Shown: positions 9,675-20,221, counted from the whole stretch's first letter. The stretch is DNA of 63,613 nt, filler included, from an uncultured bacterium (GCA_964371695.1; 28 parts of 28 records of this genome joined end to end with filler, not necessarily neighbours in it); one strand, 5' to 3'. A program made the numbers and translations. The notes: generated from the letters alone by a model not told the origin.

Positions 9675-10586
9675 TTACCAGTTCAGGTCCAGGGCAAAGC
9701 GGTGGGTGTTGCCCAGCGCGCCAAAGGGAATGTAGGCGTAGTTGAGCTGGTATCTGGGCTGAAGAATGCCCACGCCATAACTGAAGCCGTTGTCCAGGTC
9801 GCTGCTGTTGTTATAACCCGCCCGCAGGCGCACCATTTTGGTCAGGCCATATTCCGTGCCCAGCTTCCACACCGGGTCGTCGCCCTTGGCAAACTCGCCT
9901 TCCAGCGCCCAGAGCCATTCGGTCTGGGGCAGTTTATAGGCGGCCCCCAGGCGAATGAGGGTGGGCAGGCTGTCTGATCCGTTGCCCACTTCCAGGCCCT
10001 GGCCCAGGTTCTGCACCACCGCCGAGAGGCGCAGGGGCTGGCTGGGCAGTTTGTAGAGCATGCCGATGTCCAGCGCAAAGGTGGTGTCGCTGAAGTTGGC
10101 GATTTCGCTTTTGACGTATTTGAGGGTGACACCGGCGGCGGAGCGTTTGTTGATCTTGCGGCCATAACCCAGGCTCATGACCGAGTCGGTGGGGGTGAAG
10201 TTGCCCGTGGCCACGTTGAGTGCGTTGAAACCCGCCTGACTGCCGAGATCCAGCGCCATGTAACTGAAACCAAAGTTGCCCCGGCCCTTGCTCTGGTTCT
10301 CGTGCAGATACCCCACATATTCCTGGCTGATGTCCGAGATGTAATCGTTGTGCATCACCATGGCTTTTTTGCCTTTGTTGATGCCCACGGCGGCGGGGTT
10401 CACCCACATGCCCTCCGGTCCCTCGGCGATGGCCGAAAAGGCCCCGCCCATGGCGGCGCTGCGTGCGCCCACGTCCAGCCGCAGAAACACCGCGCCGGGG
10501 CTGGAGGCCGCCTGGGCCTGTGCGCCCAAGGCAAGCGCCAGGGCGGTGGCACTGAGGGAGATGGCTGGAAAACGAAGGGTCAACAT
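9675..10586 (-). CDS. PorV/PorQ (UPF0164)-like outer-membrane beta-barrel protein
   Basis: signal peptide; FLRLDVGARSAAMGGAFSAIA...WVNPA; C-terminal G.THRFALDLNW. Confidence 0.8.
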   Translation of the reverse strand: MLTLRFPAISLSATALALALGAQAQAASSPGAVFLRLDVGARSAAMGGAFSAIAEGPEGMWVNPAAVGINKGKKAMVMHNDYISDISQEYVGYLHENQSKGRGNFGFSYMALDLGSQAGFNALNVATGNFTPTDSVMSLGYGRKINKRSAAGVTLKYVKSEIANFSDTTFALDIGMLYKLPSQPLRLSAVVQNLGQGLEVGNGSDSLPTLIRLGAAYKLPQTEWLWALEGEFAKGDDPVWKLGTEYGLTKMVRLRAGYNNSSDLDNGFSYGVGILQPRYQLNYAYIPFGALGNTHRFALDLNW

Positions 10587-10731
10587 GGGGCGCTCCTTTG
10601 GGAGAACGGGTTTCCTTGGATTTATCGGTGGCTTTTTATTGGTTTTTGACGGGACAGTTTTATTTTCCACTGCTTTTGGCCCAATCACAACGAAATGAAC
10701 ACGCCAGAAAGGGCCAGATGACTGGTTCCGT

Positions 10732-10747
10732 AGCAAACCTGATGCCA
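10732..10747 (-). promoter_or_regulatory. sigma54 (-24/-12) promoter upstream of the PorV-like gene
   Basis: minus strand TGGCATCAGGTTTGCT fits TGGCACNNNNNTTGCW with exact GG-N10-GC spacing. Confidence 0.65.
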
Positions 10748-10900
10748 AGTCAGGCAAAAGCGGCGGCGGCGGCAAAAGACAGGAAAATCTGGAGAAATCC
10801 CTGTTTCACGCCGGGATGGAGTCAACTTTTTGTCGCCTTGTGCCTGTGGCTGCGGGGGAGTGGGCATTATGCGGCATCCTGTTAAAACGTGCGCAGGCTC

Positions 10901-11116
10901 TTACAAAAGCTCTTTCAGGGCATCACGGCTGAGACCGGCCTGGCGCAGGATTGAGGCGAGTGTTCCGGGTTTGAGTTCGCTGTGCATCGGCACGATGACA
11001 ATTTGGGGTCCGGCTGGCCCCATTTTTTGCAGTTTGACATGGCTTCCCTTTTGGCTGAGAACTTCAAAACCATCCCTTTTCAGGGCATTGATCATTTTTC
11101 GGCCTGAAATGTCCAT
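10901..11116 (-). CDS. hicA: HicA-family toxin
   Basis: GFEVLSQKGSHVKL...VPMHSELKPGTLASILRQAGL. Confidence 0.9.
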   Translation of the reverse strand: MDISGRKMINALKRDGFEVLSQKGSHVKLQKMGPAGPQIVIVPMHSELKPGTLASILRQAGLSRDALKELL

Positions 11117-11209
11117 GCGACTGCTTTGTACGCGTAAAGAAGGATATCAGCCATAGGCAAAGGTTTTGAGTTAGTCGGTGCCTGCCCAAAAATCGGTTAG
11201 AATGAGACG

Positions 11210-11425
11210 GTGAAACTGACCGCCGCCATCACGCAGGAAGACGGCTGGTTTGTGGCCCAGTGCCTGGAAGTGGATGTGTGCAGTCAGGGCCAGACCGTTG
11301 AGGAATCCCTGCTGAACCTGAAAGAAGCCCTGGAGCTTTATTTTGAGGGTGATCCCTCGCCGGAAATCGGCCCCACGCCCATTCTGGCTCCGGTGGAAAT
11401 CAACCTGCCCGCCTCGGTGGCCTGA
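11210..11425 (+). CDS. hicB: short HicB-family antitoxin
   Basis: EDGWFVAQCLEVDVCSQGQTVEESLLNLKEALELY. Confidence 0.88.
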   Translation: MKLTAAITQEDGWFVAQCLEVDVCSQGQTVEESLLNLKEALELYFEGDPSPEIGPTPILAPVEINLPASVA

Positions 11426-11449
11426 GCAGCCAGGCCACTGTGGCCTGCT

Positions 11450-11551
11450 TCACATCGCCTTGAGGATTCCTTCGACCATCTTTTTGGCGTCGCCAAAGAG
11501 CATCATGGTGTTGTCGCGGAAGAACAGCTCGTTTTCGACACCCGCATAACC
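11450..11551 (-). CDS. pntB: NAD(P) transhydrogenase beta subunit, C-terminal fragment
   Basis: hand translation [33 protein letters not shown]. Confidence 0.9.
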   Translation of the reverse strand, partial: GYAGVENELFFRDNTMMLFGDAKKMVEGILKAM

Positions 11552-11651
11552 NNNNNNNNNNNNNNNNNNNNNNNNNNNNNNNNNNNNNNNNNNNNTTAAT
11601 TAATTAANNNNNNNNNNNNNNNNNNNNNNNNNNNNNNNNNNNNNNNNNNNN

Positions 11652-12720
11652 CCTTGGAGCCCGACAGGCTGATGCGGTCTTCCGGCCCGCCGGGGCTGGT
11701 TTTTTCGGTGGCCATGACGCCGGATTTTTTGCAGAAAAACGAGTTCTCGAAAAACAGCGGCGTGATGCCCAGTTCCTCTGGGCGGAACTCGTCGAAAATA
11801 TGCTGGGCGTCATAGGAGCCGTAATAGTTCCCCACGCCCGCGTGGTCGCGCCCCACGATGAAATGGGTGCAGCCATAGTTCTTGCGCACCAGGGCGTGAA
11901 AAATGGCCTCGCGGGGGCCGCCATAACGCATGGCGGCGGGGAACACGCTCAAGAGCACGCGGTTTTTGGGATAGTAGTTTTCCAGCAGCACTTCATAACA
12001 CTTCATGCGCACGTCGGCGGGGATGTCGTCGCTTTTGGTGCTGCCCACCAGGGGGTGCAGCAACAGTCCGTCTACAATCTCCATGGCCACCTTCTGAATG
12101 TACTCGTGGGCGCGGTGTACGGGGTTGCGGGTCTGGAACCCCACCACGCGCCGCCAGCCCATGTTGATGAAATATTCCCGGGTCTGGCTGGGGGTGAGGC
12201 GGTGGTCCAAAAAGGGCAGGCCGCCCGGCAGGGCCAACACCTCCACCGGCCCGCCTATGCCCACTTCCTCTTGTGTATAAAGCGCCGCCACGCCGGGGTG
12301 GTCGGGGTCTTCGGTGCGGAACACCATCCGCGCCTCGTTTTTTTTGTCGTAACCGTACTGGTCTTTCACGGTCATGATCGCCAGCAGGTTGCCCTGTCCG
12401 TCGGTCAGCCCCAGGCGTCCGGCAGACTCCGCCTTGGCCGCCAGGGCGCGGTCTACCGTGAGCGTGATGGGCATGGACCACGCCACGCCGTTGTGCAACC
12501 GCATACCCTTGACCACCGATTCGTAGTCCTCCCGGCCCATGAAACCTTCCAGCGGCGACATGGCCCCGATGGCCAGCATTTCCAGGTCGGCCAGTTTGCG
12601 CTCGTCCAGGGCCAGTTGGGGTAGGCTTTTGGCTTCTTCACGCAGGGCCTGGGCTTTTTCGGCGTGCAGGCGGACATGCAGGTAACCGCCGTGGGGGGGA
12701 ATGGTCTGTTCTGGTTTCAT
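11652..12720 (-). CDS. sat: sulfate adenylyltransferase (3' partial)
   Basis: [43 protein letters not shown]. Confidence 0.97.
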
Positions 12721-12767
12721 GGTTGCTCCGTGGCCCATCTGGCCGGGGCGCACTTTATCACCAAAAA

Positions 12768-13253
12768 TTACTCCGTCACGGTCACACGTTCAATGATGGC
12801 GGGGTTATCGGGCAGGGGATTGTCGGCGTGGTCGCGGGGCAGCTTCACGATGGTGTACACCACGTCCAGGCCGTCCTCTACCTGGCCAAAGGCGGTGTAC
12901 TGGCCATCCAGATAAGACGCTTCACCGGCCATGATGAAAAACTGGCATCCGGCGCTGTCGGGGTGGCCGGAGCGGGCCATGCTGAGCACACCCGGCACGT
13001 GGGGGGTGTCGTTGAATTCGGCGCGGATTTTGTAGCCGGGGTCGCCCATGCCGTGCAGGCTGCGGTCGTCCTCTTTGCTGTTGGGGTCACCGCCCTGAAT
13101 CATGAAACCCGGAAGCACCCGGTGAAACTTTGTGCCGGTATAAAACCCCTCATTGGCCAGCTTCAGAAAGTTCTCCACGTGCCCCGGCGCTTTGTCGGGA
13201 AGGAAAGACAGCGTGATGTCGCCGTGGTTGGTGTGCAGGGTCACTTGGGCCAT
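12768..13253 (-). CDS. cyclophilin-type peptidyl-prolyl isomerase
   Basis: [31 protein letters not shown]. Confidence 0.95.
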   Translation of the reverse strand: MAQVTLHTNHGDITLSFLPDKAPGHVENFLKLANEGFYTGTKFHRVLPGFMIQGGDPNSKEDDRSLHGMGDPGYKIRAEFNDTPHVPGVLSMARSGHPDSAGCQFFIMAGEASYLDGQYTAFGQVEDGLDVVYTIVKLPRDHADNPLPDNPAIIERVTVTE

Positions 13254-13343
13254 GGTGTTCCTCTTTCTGTTTGCGCTGAAAAGGGCGCAGAAGGACTAAA
13301 CAGTTTTAATACCCTTTTGGCCGCCTGAATAACCGGAGAAAGA

Positions 13344-13869
13344 CTATTTCACCGGCCATTTCTGGATGCTGGCTTTTTTGATGACGGCAGGGTTCTGGGG
13401 CAGGGGATTGTCGCGCTGGTCGCGGGGCAGGTTCACAATCTTGTTCACCACGTCCATGCCCGACACCACTTGGCCAAAGGCGGTGTACTGGCCGTCCAGT
13501 TGCGGTGTGACGCCCACCATGATGAAAAACTGCGAGCCGCCGGTGTTGTAGCCGTTGGGGTCGGTGGGGCCGCCATAACCGGCGCGGGCCATGCTGAGAA
13601 TGCCCGGCACGTGCTTGATGTCGTTGAACTCGGCCTTGATGTTGTAGCCGGGGCCGCCGGTGCCGTCGTCCAGCCGGTTGTCGTTTTTGGTGTTGGGGTC
13701 GCCGCCCTGAATCATGAAACCCGGAATCACCCGGTGAAACTTGATGCCGTCGTAATATTTCTTGCTGATCAGCGTTTTGAAGTTCTTGACGTGCCCCGGC
13801 GCTTTTTTGGGGAAGAACCGCAGGATGACGCGGCCCAGGTTGGTGTCCAGCACGGCCACTTCCTCACCC
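13344..13869 (-). CDS. cyclophilin-type peptidyl-prolyl isomerase (5' partial), tandem paralog
   Basis: [32 protein letters not shown]. Confidence 0.95.
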
Positions 13870-13999
13870 NNNNNNNNNNNNNNNNNNNNNNNNNNNNNNN
13901 NNNNNNNNNNNNNTTAATTAATTAANNNNNNNNNNNNNNNNNNNNNNNNNNNNNNNNNNNNNNNNNNNNGGGGCAAAGCCCCCGCTTTTCAACACAAAA

Positions 14000-15025
14000 T
14001 CAAATCACCACGGGGTGATGATGGGCGGGCAGGCCCGTGCGCTCGGCGTCCAGCCAGGTAAACGTGCGGGCCAGGCCTTCTTCCAGCGAGATTTTGGGGG
14101 CGTAACCCAACATGCGTTTGGCTTTTTTGCTGGTGAAGTGGAAGTTGTGGGCGATGGAATCCACCCGGTAGCGGGTGAGCAGTGGGGGGTCGTCGCTGCG
14201 GGCCAGTTGATAGGCTTTTTCCATGGTTCCGGCGGCCACCATGGCCAGTTGATAGGGCAGGTTCACGCGGGGCGGCGGCAGGTCGCCCAGGCGGCAAATC
14301 AGTGAAATCAGGTCTTTCCACCGCACCGCTGTTTCGTCGGTGAGGCAAAAGATGTTGCCCGGCGCGTCGGGGTGTTCCCCCGCCAGAATCAGCCCCTGCA
14401 CCAGATTTTCCACATAGCTGAAACAGGTATAGGCCCGGCCGCCGTTGATGTGCGCGAAGTGGCCTTTTTCGATGGCTTCCACCAGCGCCACGAAGTTTTT
14501 GTAATCGCAGGGGCCAAAGATGAATGCCCCGGGGCGCACAATCACCACCTCCAGCTTGCGTTCATACCAATACCGCTCCACCACGTGTTCGCCCATGATT
14601 TTGGACATGCTGATGGGATAGGCGTTGTTGTCGCGGGGGGTTTTTTCGGTGGCGTGGAAATAACCCACAAACCGGTGCACGGCCAGCGAGCTGACGTAGA
14701 CCAGCCTTTTGACGCCCGCCTTTACGGCGGCTTCGGCCACCGTGCGGGTGCCCAGGGTGTTCACGCGGATGATGTGATTGGCCTCGCCCCAGTCTTTCAC
14801 CACCGAGGCCAGGTGATAGACCGTGTGGACACCCTCCATGGCGCGGGTGAGCAGGGGCAGGTCGTTGATGTCGCCGCTGTAAAGGCGGTTGGGGTGAACC
14901 CCCGGCACGGCATAACCCGTCTCGACAAAAGCCCGCACGGCATAACCGGGCCGGCGCAGCAGTTCATGTGTCAGATTCTGGCCAAGAAACCCGCTGGCCC
15001 CGGTGATGAGAACCGCCTGACTCAC
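14000..15025 (-). CDS. NAD-dependent epimerase/dehydratase, 3-beta-HSD-like
   Basis: TGASGFLG, extended-SDR layout. Confidence 0.85.
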   Translation of the reverse strand: MSQAVLITGASGFLGQNLTHELLRRPGYAVRAFVETGYAVPGVHPNRLYSGDINDLPLLTRAMEGVHTVYHLASVVKDWGEANHIIRVNTLGTRTVAEAAVKAGVKRLVYVSSLAVHRFVGYFHATEKTPRDNNAYPISMSKIMGEHVVERYWYERKLEVVIVRPGAFIFGPCDYKNFVALVEAIEKGHFAHINGGRAYTCFSYVENLVQGLILAGEHPDAPGNIFCLTDETAVRWKDLISLICRLGDLPPPRVNLPYQLAMVAAGTMEKAYQLARSDDPPLLTRYRVDSIAHNFHFTSKKAKRMLGYAPKISLEEGLARTFTWLDAERTGLPAHHHPVVI

Positions 15026-15723
15026 TGGCCCTGGCCTCCCTGAAGCTGCTTGGCGTTGTTCTGATACACCTGCGAAAGCGCGGCATAAATCTGGGCCAGG
15101 GCAGAGTGGGCCTCGGCCATTTTCGGGTTCAGTTGCAGGGCGGTTTTCAGCGAGGTGACACCGTCATCGGGCCTGCCTGCCGTATACAACAACACGCCCA
15201 GGTTGTAATGCAGCTGGGGATTGTTGGGGTTGGTTTTAAGAGCGCCCTGCAAACGGTCAAAAGCCTGCTGGTTTTTTCCGGTGGACACCAGATAACTTAC
15301 TGTGCGCAGCAGCACATCCAGATTTTTAGGGTCTTTGGCCAGAATTTTTTCGTAGACCTCATAGGCCTCTTTGGTTTTTCCGGCCCGGTTGAGCAGGTCG
15401 GCCTTGAATCCCAACAGATTGGCGGGCAGGGGTTTTCCGGCCAGAGCTTTTTCATAGGCAGCCATCACCTGCTGGGCTTGCGCCATGCGGTTTTGCATGA
15501 CTTCCAGTTGAATCAAGGTTGAGACAATCTGGGCATTGGTTTTGTCGGCCTGGAGGCCCCGGTTCAGTTGTTCCCGTGCTTTGGCCACGTTGCCCTGGCT
15601 CAGAGAGAAACTCGCTGCGTCCATCATGTCCTGGGCCAGATCAGCATGGGCAGGCAGAAACCACAACGAAAGGGCCAGAAGGACTCCGGCCAGAATGTGT
15701 TGATGAGAAGGTCGGGTGAACAT
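15022..15723 (-). CDS. secreted tetratricopeptide repeat protein
   Basis: signal peptide; TPR units such as LHYNLGVLLY...ALQLNPKMAEAHSALA. Confidence 0.85.
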   Translation of the reverse strand: MFTRPSHQHILAGVLLALSLWFLPAHADLAQDMMDAASFSLSQGNVAKAREQLNRGLQADKTNAQIVSTLIQLEVMQNRMAQAQQVMAAYEKALAGKPLPANLLGFKADLLNRAGKTKEAYEVYEKILAKDPKNLDVLLRTVSYLVSTGKNQQAFDRLQGALKTNPNNPQLHYNLGVLLYTAGRPDDGVTSLKTALQLNPKMAEAHSALAQIYAALSQVYQNNAKQLQGGQGQ

Positions 15724-15804
15724 GCGCCCAAGATTAACACAGCGCCCCCCGCCTTTCCCACACCCCGGCCACCAACATCAGTTATTTTTACAACCGAACG
15801 TTTC

Positions 15805-16181
15805 ATGGCCCCTCCTGTCAAAGCAACCTTTCCCGACGCACTGGACCCAACCTTCCGGTTTCTGGCGCTGCTGAAGGCCCATCAGGCCAAACAGCCCCCC
15901 CCGCCCTATCCGTTGCAGGGCGGCCAGTTGGCGGGGGTGTTCAACCGGCTGGGTTATCACGAGTGGAGCCGCCCCCTTCAAAAAAAACTCATCCACCGTT
16001 TTATCGCCCCCACCGACGACGACCTGCTGGGTGTGCGCACCCAGAGCCTCACGGGCTGGGCGGGAGAATATTTTTCGGGGGGACTCACCGTGTTGGGACC
16101 GCCGGTGCCGGGTCTGTTGATGGACCTGTGCCGCATGGACGCCAGCCTGCTGCCCCACAGCTTTGGCGCACGGGTGTGGAC
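15805..16181 (+). CDS. hypothetical protein (3' partial)
   Basis: open frame with GC3-biased codons up to the gap. Confidence 0.5.
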
Positions 16182-16419
16182 NNNNNNNNNNNNNNNNNNN
16201 NNNNNNNNNNNNNNNNNNNNNNNNNTTAATTAATTAANNNNNNNNNNNNNNNNNNNNNNNNNNNNNNNNNNNNNNNNNNNNGGGTTGGGGTGAGGGGTTT
16301 ATTCAAAAACAAAAAAACCAAATAGGGTTTTTTGCTTTTGTTTTTATGCCACAGGCGGGACGCCCGTGGCGACTGCGCCACCAACCTCCAACCTCCATCT
16401 TCCGTCTTCCCGCCTCTTT

Positions 16420-16602
16420 GAATCTGTTTATAAAGTCCATCATGGACTTTATAAACCCAACGCCATCAGGGGCAAAGCCCCTTTGGCGTGGCGAAAACCT
16501 GCGCTTTGGCAAAGCTCCGATTTTCGAATGCAGTCATCCATGACCGCAAGAGCCTGTTTGCATTGCACCATGATCCACACGGCGCAATTTATAAACAGGC
16601 TC
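16420..16602 (+). mobile_element. MITE-like element with TIRs GAnTCTGTTTATAAA..TTTATAAACAGGCTC; second copy at 60375-60614
   Basis: terminal inverted repeats, internal hairpins, long near-identity to 60375-60614. Confidence 0.75.
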
Positions 16603-16646
16603 TTATAATCCCCCAGCGCCGACAACAGGGCGGCGTGGGAGGAATC

Positions 16647-17993
16647 GTGTTCGAAACGCTTTCAGAAAACGGCTGGGCACAGGCCCTGTCGGCCATGGGC
16701 CAGCGCATGTCGCTGGACAAGGGCATTTTCCACTGGTCGGGCCGGGCCAAAAACGAGGCCAGCATCGACGCCACCATCGGCAGCGCCAGCGGCCCGCTCT
16801 GCGAAATCATTGACGGGGCCGAGGGCCGGGGGCTGTTTTATCTGCCCAGCATGGTCGAGGCCATGAAAAGCCTCAAACCCGAAGACCTCGCCGCCTATGC
16901 CCCCATCGGCGGCCTGCCGGGTTTTCAGGACCAGTGGAAACAATGGATTGTGGAGAAATCCGCCACCGTGTGCCGGGTGGATGCCGAAGCCCTCAGCAAA
17001 CCCATGGTGGCGCCGGGCCTGACGGGGGGCTTGTATCTGTGCGCGTCGCTTTTTCTGAACCCCGGACAGAGCATTGTGCTGGCGGACAAACGCTGGGAGA
17101 ACTACGACACGCTTTTTGGCCGCAACCTTGGCCTGAACATCAGAAGCCACAAGCTGTTTGGCCCTGAGGGCCTGGACTATGGCAGCCTGGAAGAAAGCCT
17201 GATGGCGGTGCTCAAAACCCAGAGCCACGCCGTGCTGGTGCTGAACTTTCCCAACAACCCCACGGGTTTCATGCCGCAGAAGTTCGAGATGGAGGGCATT
17301 GCCCAGGTGCTGGCCAAGGTGGCCGAGAACACGGGCCAAAAAGTGGTGGTGCTGTGCGACGACGCCTATGAGGGGTTTGTCTTTGACAACAAAGCCGCCA
17401 AGGGCAGCCCGTTTTATCTGCTGGTGGGTGTGCATGAAAACGTGATTCCCATCAAGATTGACGGCCTGAGCAAGGAGTTTCTGTTGTATGGTGCACGGGT
17501 GGGCGTGGTGACGGCGGGCATGGGGGCGTCCCTCAAAAACCGTCAGCAACACGCGGCGGACTGGGAGGACAAACTGGGGGGCCTGATTCGCGCCACCTAC
17601 AGCAACGGCCCCCGCGCCCAGCAGGCGTTGTGGCTGGCGGCCATGAAGGACCGTCCCCGCGTGATGGCCGAGCGCGACCGCGTGCTGAGTGTGCTCCGGG
17701 GCCGTTGCGCCGCGCTGAAGGCGGGTTATGACCAAGCCGCCGCTGGCGGCAGCGCGCTTAAGAGCGACCCCTTCAACAGCGGCTTTTTTGCCCTGTGGAA
17801 CCTGCCCGCCAGCGTGCCCGCGGCAGACCTGGCCGACAGACTGTTGAAAAATTACAAAACCGGCGTGATTCCCATTTCACAGCCCGCCGAGGGTGTGAAC
17901 GGCGTGCGGGTGGCTTTTTGCTCGGCCACCGAAGCACAGATGCCCGAACTGGTGCAGAATGTGTTCAGCGCCGTGAAAGAGATGACCCCCTGA
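16647..17993 (+). CDS. PLP-dependent aminotransferase class I/II
   Basis: GGAGG then GTG; LNFPNNPTGF, DDAYEG, IKIDGLSKE...GARVG. Confidence 0.9.
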   Translation: MFETLSENGWAQALSAMGQRMSLDKGIFHWSGRAKNEASIDATIGSASGPLCEIIDGAEGRGLFYLPSMVEAMKSLKPEDLAAYAPIGGLPGFQDQWKQWIVEKSATVCRVDAEALSKPMVAPGLTGGLYLCASLFLNPGQSIVLADKRWENYDTLFGRNLGLNIRSHKLFGPEGLDYGSLEESLMAVLKTQSHAVLVLNFPNNPTGFMPQKFEMEGIAQVLAKVAENTGQKVVVLCDDAYEGFVFDNKAAKGSPFYLLVGVHENVIPIKIDGLSKEFLLYGARVGVVTAGMGASLKNRQQHAADWEDKLGGLIRATYSNGPRAQQALWLAAMKDRPRVMAERDRVLSVLRGRCAALKAGYDQAAAGGSALKSDPFNSGFFALWNLPASVPAADLADRLLKNYKTGVIPISQPAEGVNGVRVAFCSATEAQMPELVQNVFSAVKEMTP

Positions 17994-18313
17994 TGCCCAG
18001 CCAGGGCCGCGCCTTGGTGGTGTTTGCCGACGGCAGCCGCATGTTGGCCGAGTTGGCGCGCCTGCCCGAACCCACCGACACAGTGCTGATTCTGCACAAG
18101 GCCCTGGGGGTGCCCAAGGCCCCTGGTCAGGCCGAGGCCCCCGCCAGTGGGGGGATGTTCGAGAGCCTCGCGGCCCAGGCCGACGTGCTGCGCACCGCCG
18201 GGCCGCTCAAAGAAATCTACATCGCCATGCAGCATGTGCTGGCCGTGAAACTGGTAGAAGAAAAAGCCCAGTTCGGCCCCACCACCGCCGACATGGAGGA
18301 AATCTTCAAATGA
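17993..18313 (+). CDS. hypothetical protein
   Basis: TGATG coupling to the aminotransferase; typical codon usage. Confidence 0.6.
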   Translation: MPSQGRALVVFADGSRMLAELARLPEPTDTVLILHKALGVPKAPGQAEAPASGGMFESLAAQADVLRTAGPLKEIYIAMQHVLAVKLVEEKAQFGPTTADMEEIFK

Positions 18314-18492
18314 AAAAGCAGTCGGCCCAGGCCGGGAAACAGGCTTTTTCGGTGGAGCGCGTTATCAAGGATGATGGCCGTGTGTTGTATCTCTACCGGC
18401 TGAACAAACCGGGAGATGATTTGTCCGAACCTGTGGCGCGGAAAAGAGAACCGGGAGATTTTTCACCCCGCAGGAGTAGGCGCGGTGTCCCC
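18310..18492 (+). CDS. small hypothetical protein (KDDGRVLYLY motif), runs into a REP at the contig end
   Basis: GGAGG RBS and ATGA overlap with the upstream gene. Confidence 0.45.
18474..18492 (+). repeat. GTAG-type REP family (GAGTAGGCGCGGTGTCCCC and relatives; also near 9115, 23051, 23311, 25898, 32209, 32244, 39101, 55224(-), 56329, 56611(-))
   Basis: GTAG foot followed by GC-rich palindrome, many intergenic copies. Confidence 0.8.
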
Positions 18493-18592
18493 NNNNNNNN
18501 NNNNNNNNNNNNNNNNNNNNNNNNNNNNNNNNNNNNTTAATTAATTAANNNNNNNNNNNNNNNNNNNNNNNNNNNNNNNNNNNNNNNNNNNN

Positions 18593-19256
18593 GGGTGGCC
18601 AGGGTGAGGCCCGTCTCGGCAAAATCGGGCCGCCGCCGCGTGGCCTGAAAAAGCCGCGACACAATCTCCCGCTGCAAGAGCACCTGTTCTGGCGAAAGTT
18701 GCAGGGCAAAGGGTTTGGGTGCTTGCGCCGGGCCGCCCTGGATGACAAAGGGCACGGCAGGGTGGGGCGCGGTTGTGGTTTTTTCAAGCAGGGGCAGGAG
18801 TGCGCCTTCGGCCTCGTCTTTGGCATGGCCAGCAATACCGTAACGGGACAAAACGCCAGAGCTCACCACATCCACGCGGTGCTGGCCCCCGATGTAGGCG
18901 TCTGCCAGCACCAGGGGGCATGCATAAATTTCACTCAGGCGCTGAAGGGTTTGGGCGAGTTCTTCGTCAAACCATTGCAGGTTGGTGAAGGGGGTGTTCA
19001 TCACCACCAGGGCGTCAAACGGCCCCTGGGGCAGCAGGTTTTTCAGGTCATCAAAAGGTAAACCGAAACCGAAATAGCGGTCGTTCAGGGGCCAGAGGCG
19101 GGTCTGGGGGTGAAAGAGCGTGTCCAGCGTGGCCGCCTCGTGGCCCGCTTGGCGCAGCAGGCCTGCGGCGGTGAGCGTGTTCAGATGCAGGTAATGGGGG
19201 TAATCCACAAACCGGCGATAAAGCCGCAGCCTTGGCCCAAACAACAACACCCGCAT
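18593..19256 (-). CDS. probable B12-binding/radical SAM protein, N-terminal part
   Basis: HLNTLTAAGLLRQAGHEAATLD resembles a cobalamin-binding N-domain; cut just before the expected CxxxCxxC. Confidence 0.5.
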
Positions 19257-19291
19257 GAAAAAAGTCTAACAGGGCGTTGATTAATCCCTCG

Positions 19292-20221
19292 CTACTTCAT
19301 GGTTTTGGCCCACGAGGCCAGAGCGTCGCGGCTGTCGTAAGAAAAGGAAAACCCCAGTTCGGTTTCCAGACGGGTGCTGTCCATGAGCCAGGGGTAGGTG
19401 AGAAAGGGCATCATGCCCGGCGGGCCTTCCAGCACGCCGGTTTGCCACAGCAGTTCGCCCAGGTTGTCTTTGAGAAAACCCGGCAGGGGCAGGGGGGTGC
19501 TGCCGATTTTTTTGAGCGCGTCGTAATAGGGCAGGGGGTTATCCCCCGCCACGTTATAGGCCCCCGCGCCCTGTTTGAGAATCACCACCGCCAGGGCCTT
19601 GGCCACGTCGGCCACGTGTACGAACTGGAACAGCGGGTTGTGGCCAGCCACGCAGGGCGAGAGTTTTTGCGCCATGGTGCGCGAAATGTAGTTGTTCACC
19701 TCTGGCCCCAGCACAATGCAGGGGCGCAGCACGGCCAGGGTGGTTTGTTTCTGCCCCTTGCGCCAGTCCCACAACATGTCTTCCATGCGGCGTTTTTCAT
19801 AGGCATAGGGAAAGTCCGGCTCGGCCCGCAGGGGGTGGTCTTCCTTCAGCAGCGGCGGATTGTCCTCATGGGCCCCATAGGCGGTGCCGCTGCTGACAGC
19901 GGTGAGGTGGGTCACCCCATGGGTTTCGCAAAAATCCAGGCAGTGCTGCGTGCCGGTGAGGTTCACCTGGGTCTGGCGCGTGAGGTCGCGGATGGGGTTG
20001 AGCAAAAAGGCCAGGTGCGCCATCCGCTCAATGGCAAAGGGTGGGGCGGGATAGGGCTGGCTGATGTCGTGGTGGGTGAACGCCAGCTTGGGGTGGTGCA
20101 GGGCCGGTTCTGCGATGTCCAGCACCCATATCCGGCGCACTTTGGGTTCGTCCAGCAGGCGTTCCAGCAGACGGGTTCCCAAAAAGCCGCTGCCGCCGGT
20201 AACAAGAAGATTCAGTGACAT
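19292..20221 (-). CDS. NAD-dependent epimerase/dehydratase
   Basis: VTGGSGFLG, SSGTAYG, YAYEK, QFVHVADVA. Confidence 0.88.
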   Translation of the reverse strand: MSLNLLVTGGSGFLGTRLLERLLDEPKVRRIWVLDIAEPALHHPKLAFTHHDISQPYPAPPFAIERMAHLAFLLNPIRDLTRQTQVNLTGTQHCLDFCETHGVTHLTAVSSGTAYGAHEDNPPLLKEDHPLRAEPDFPYAYEKRRMEDMLWDWRKGQKQTTLAVLRPCIVLGPEVNNYISRTMAQKLSPCVAGHNPLFQFVHVADVAKALAVVILKQGAGAYNVAGDNPLPYYDALKKIGSTPLPLPGFLKDNLGELLWQTGVLEGPPGMMPFLTYPWLMDSTRLETELGFSFSYDSRDALASWAKTMK

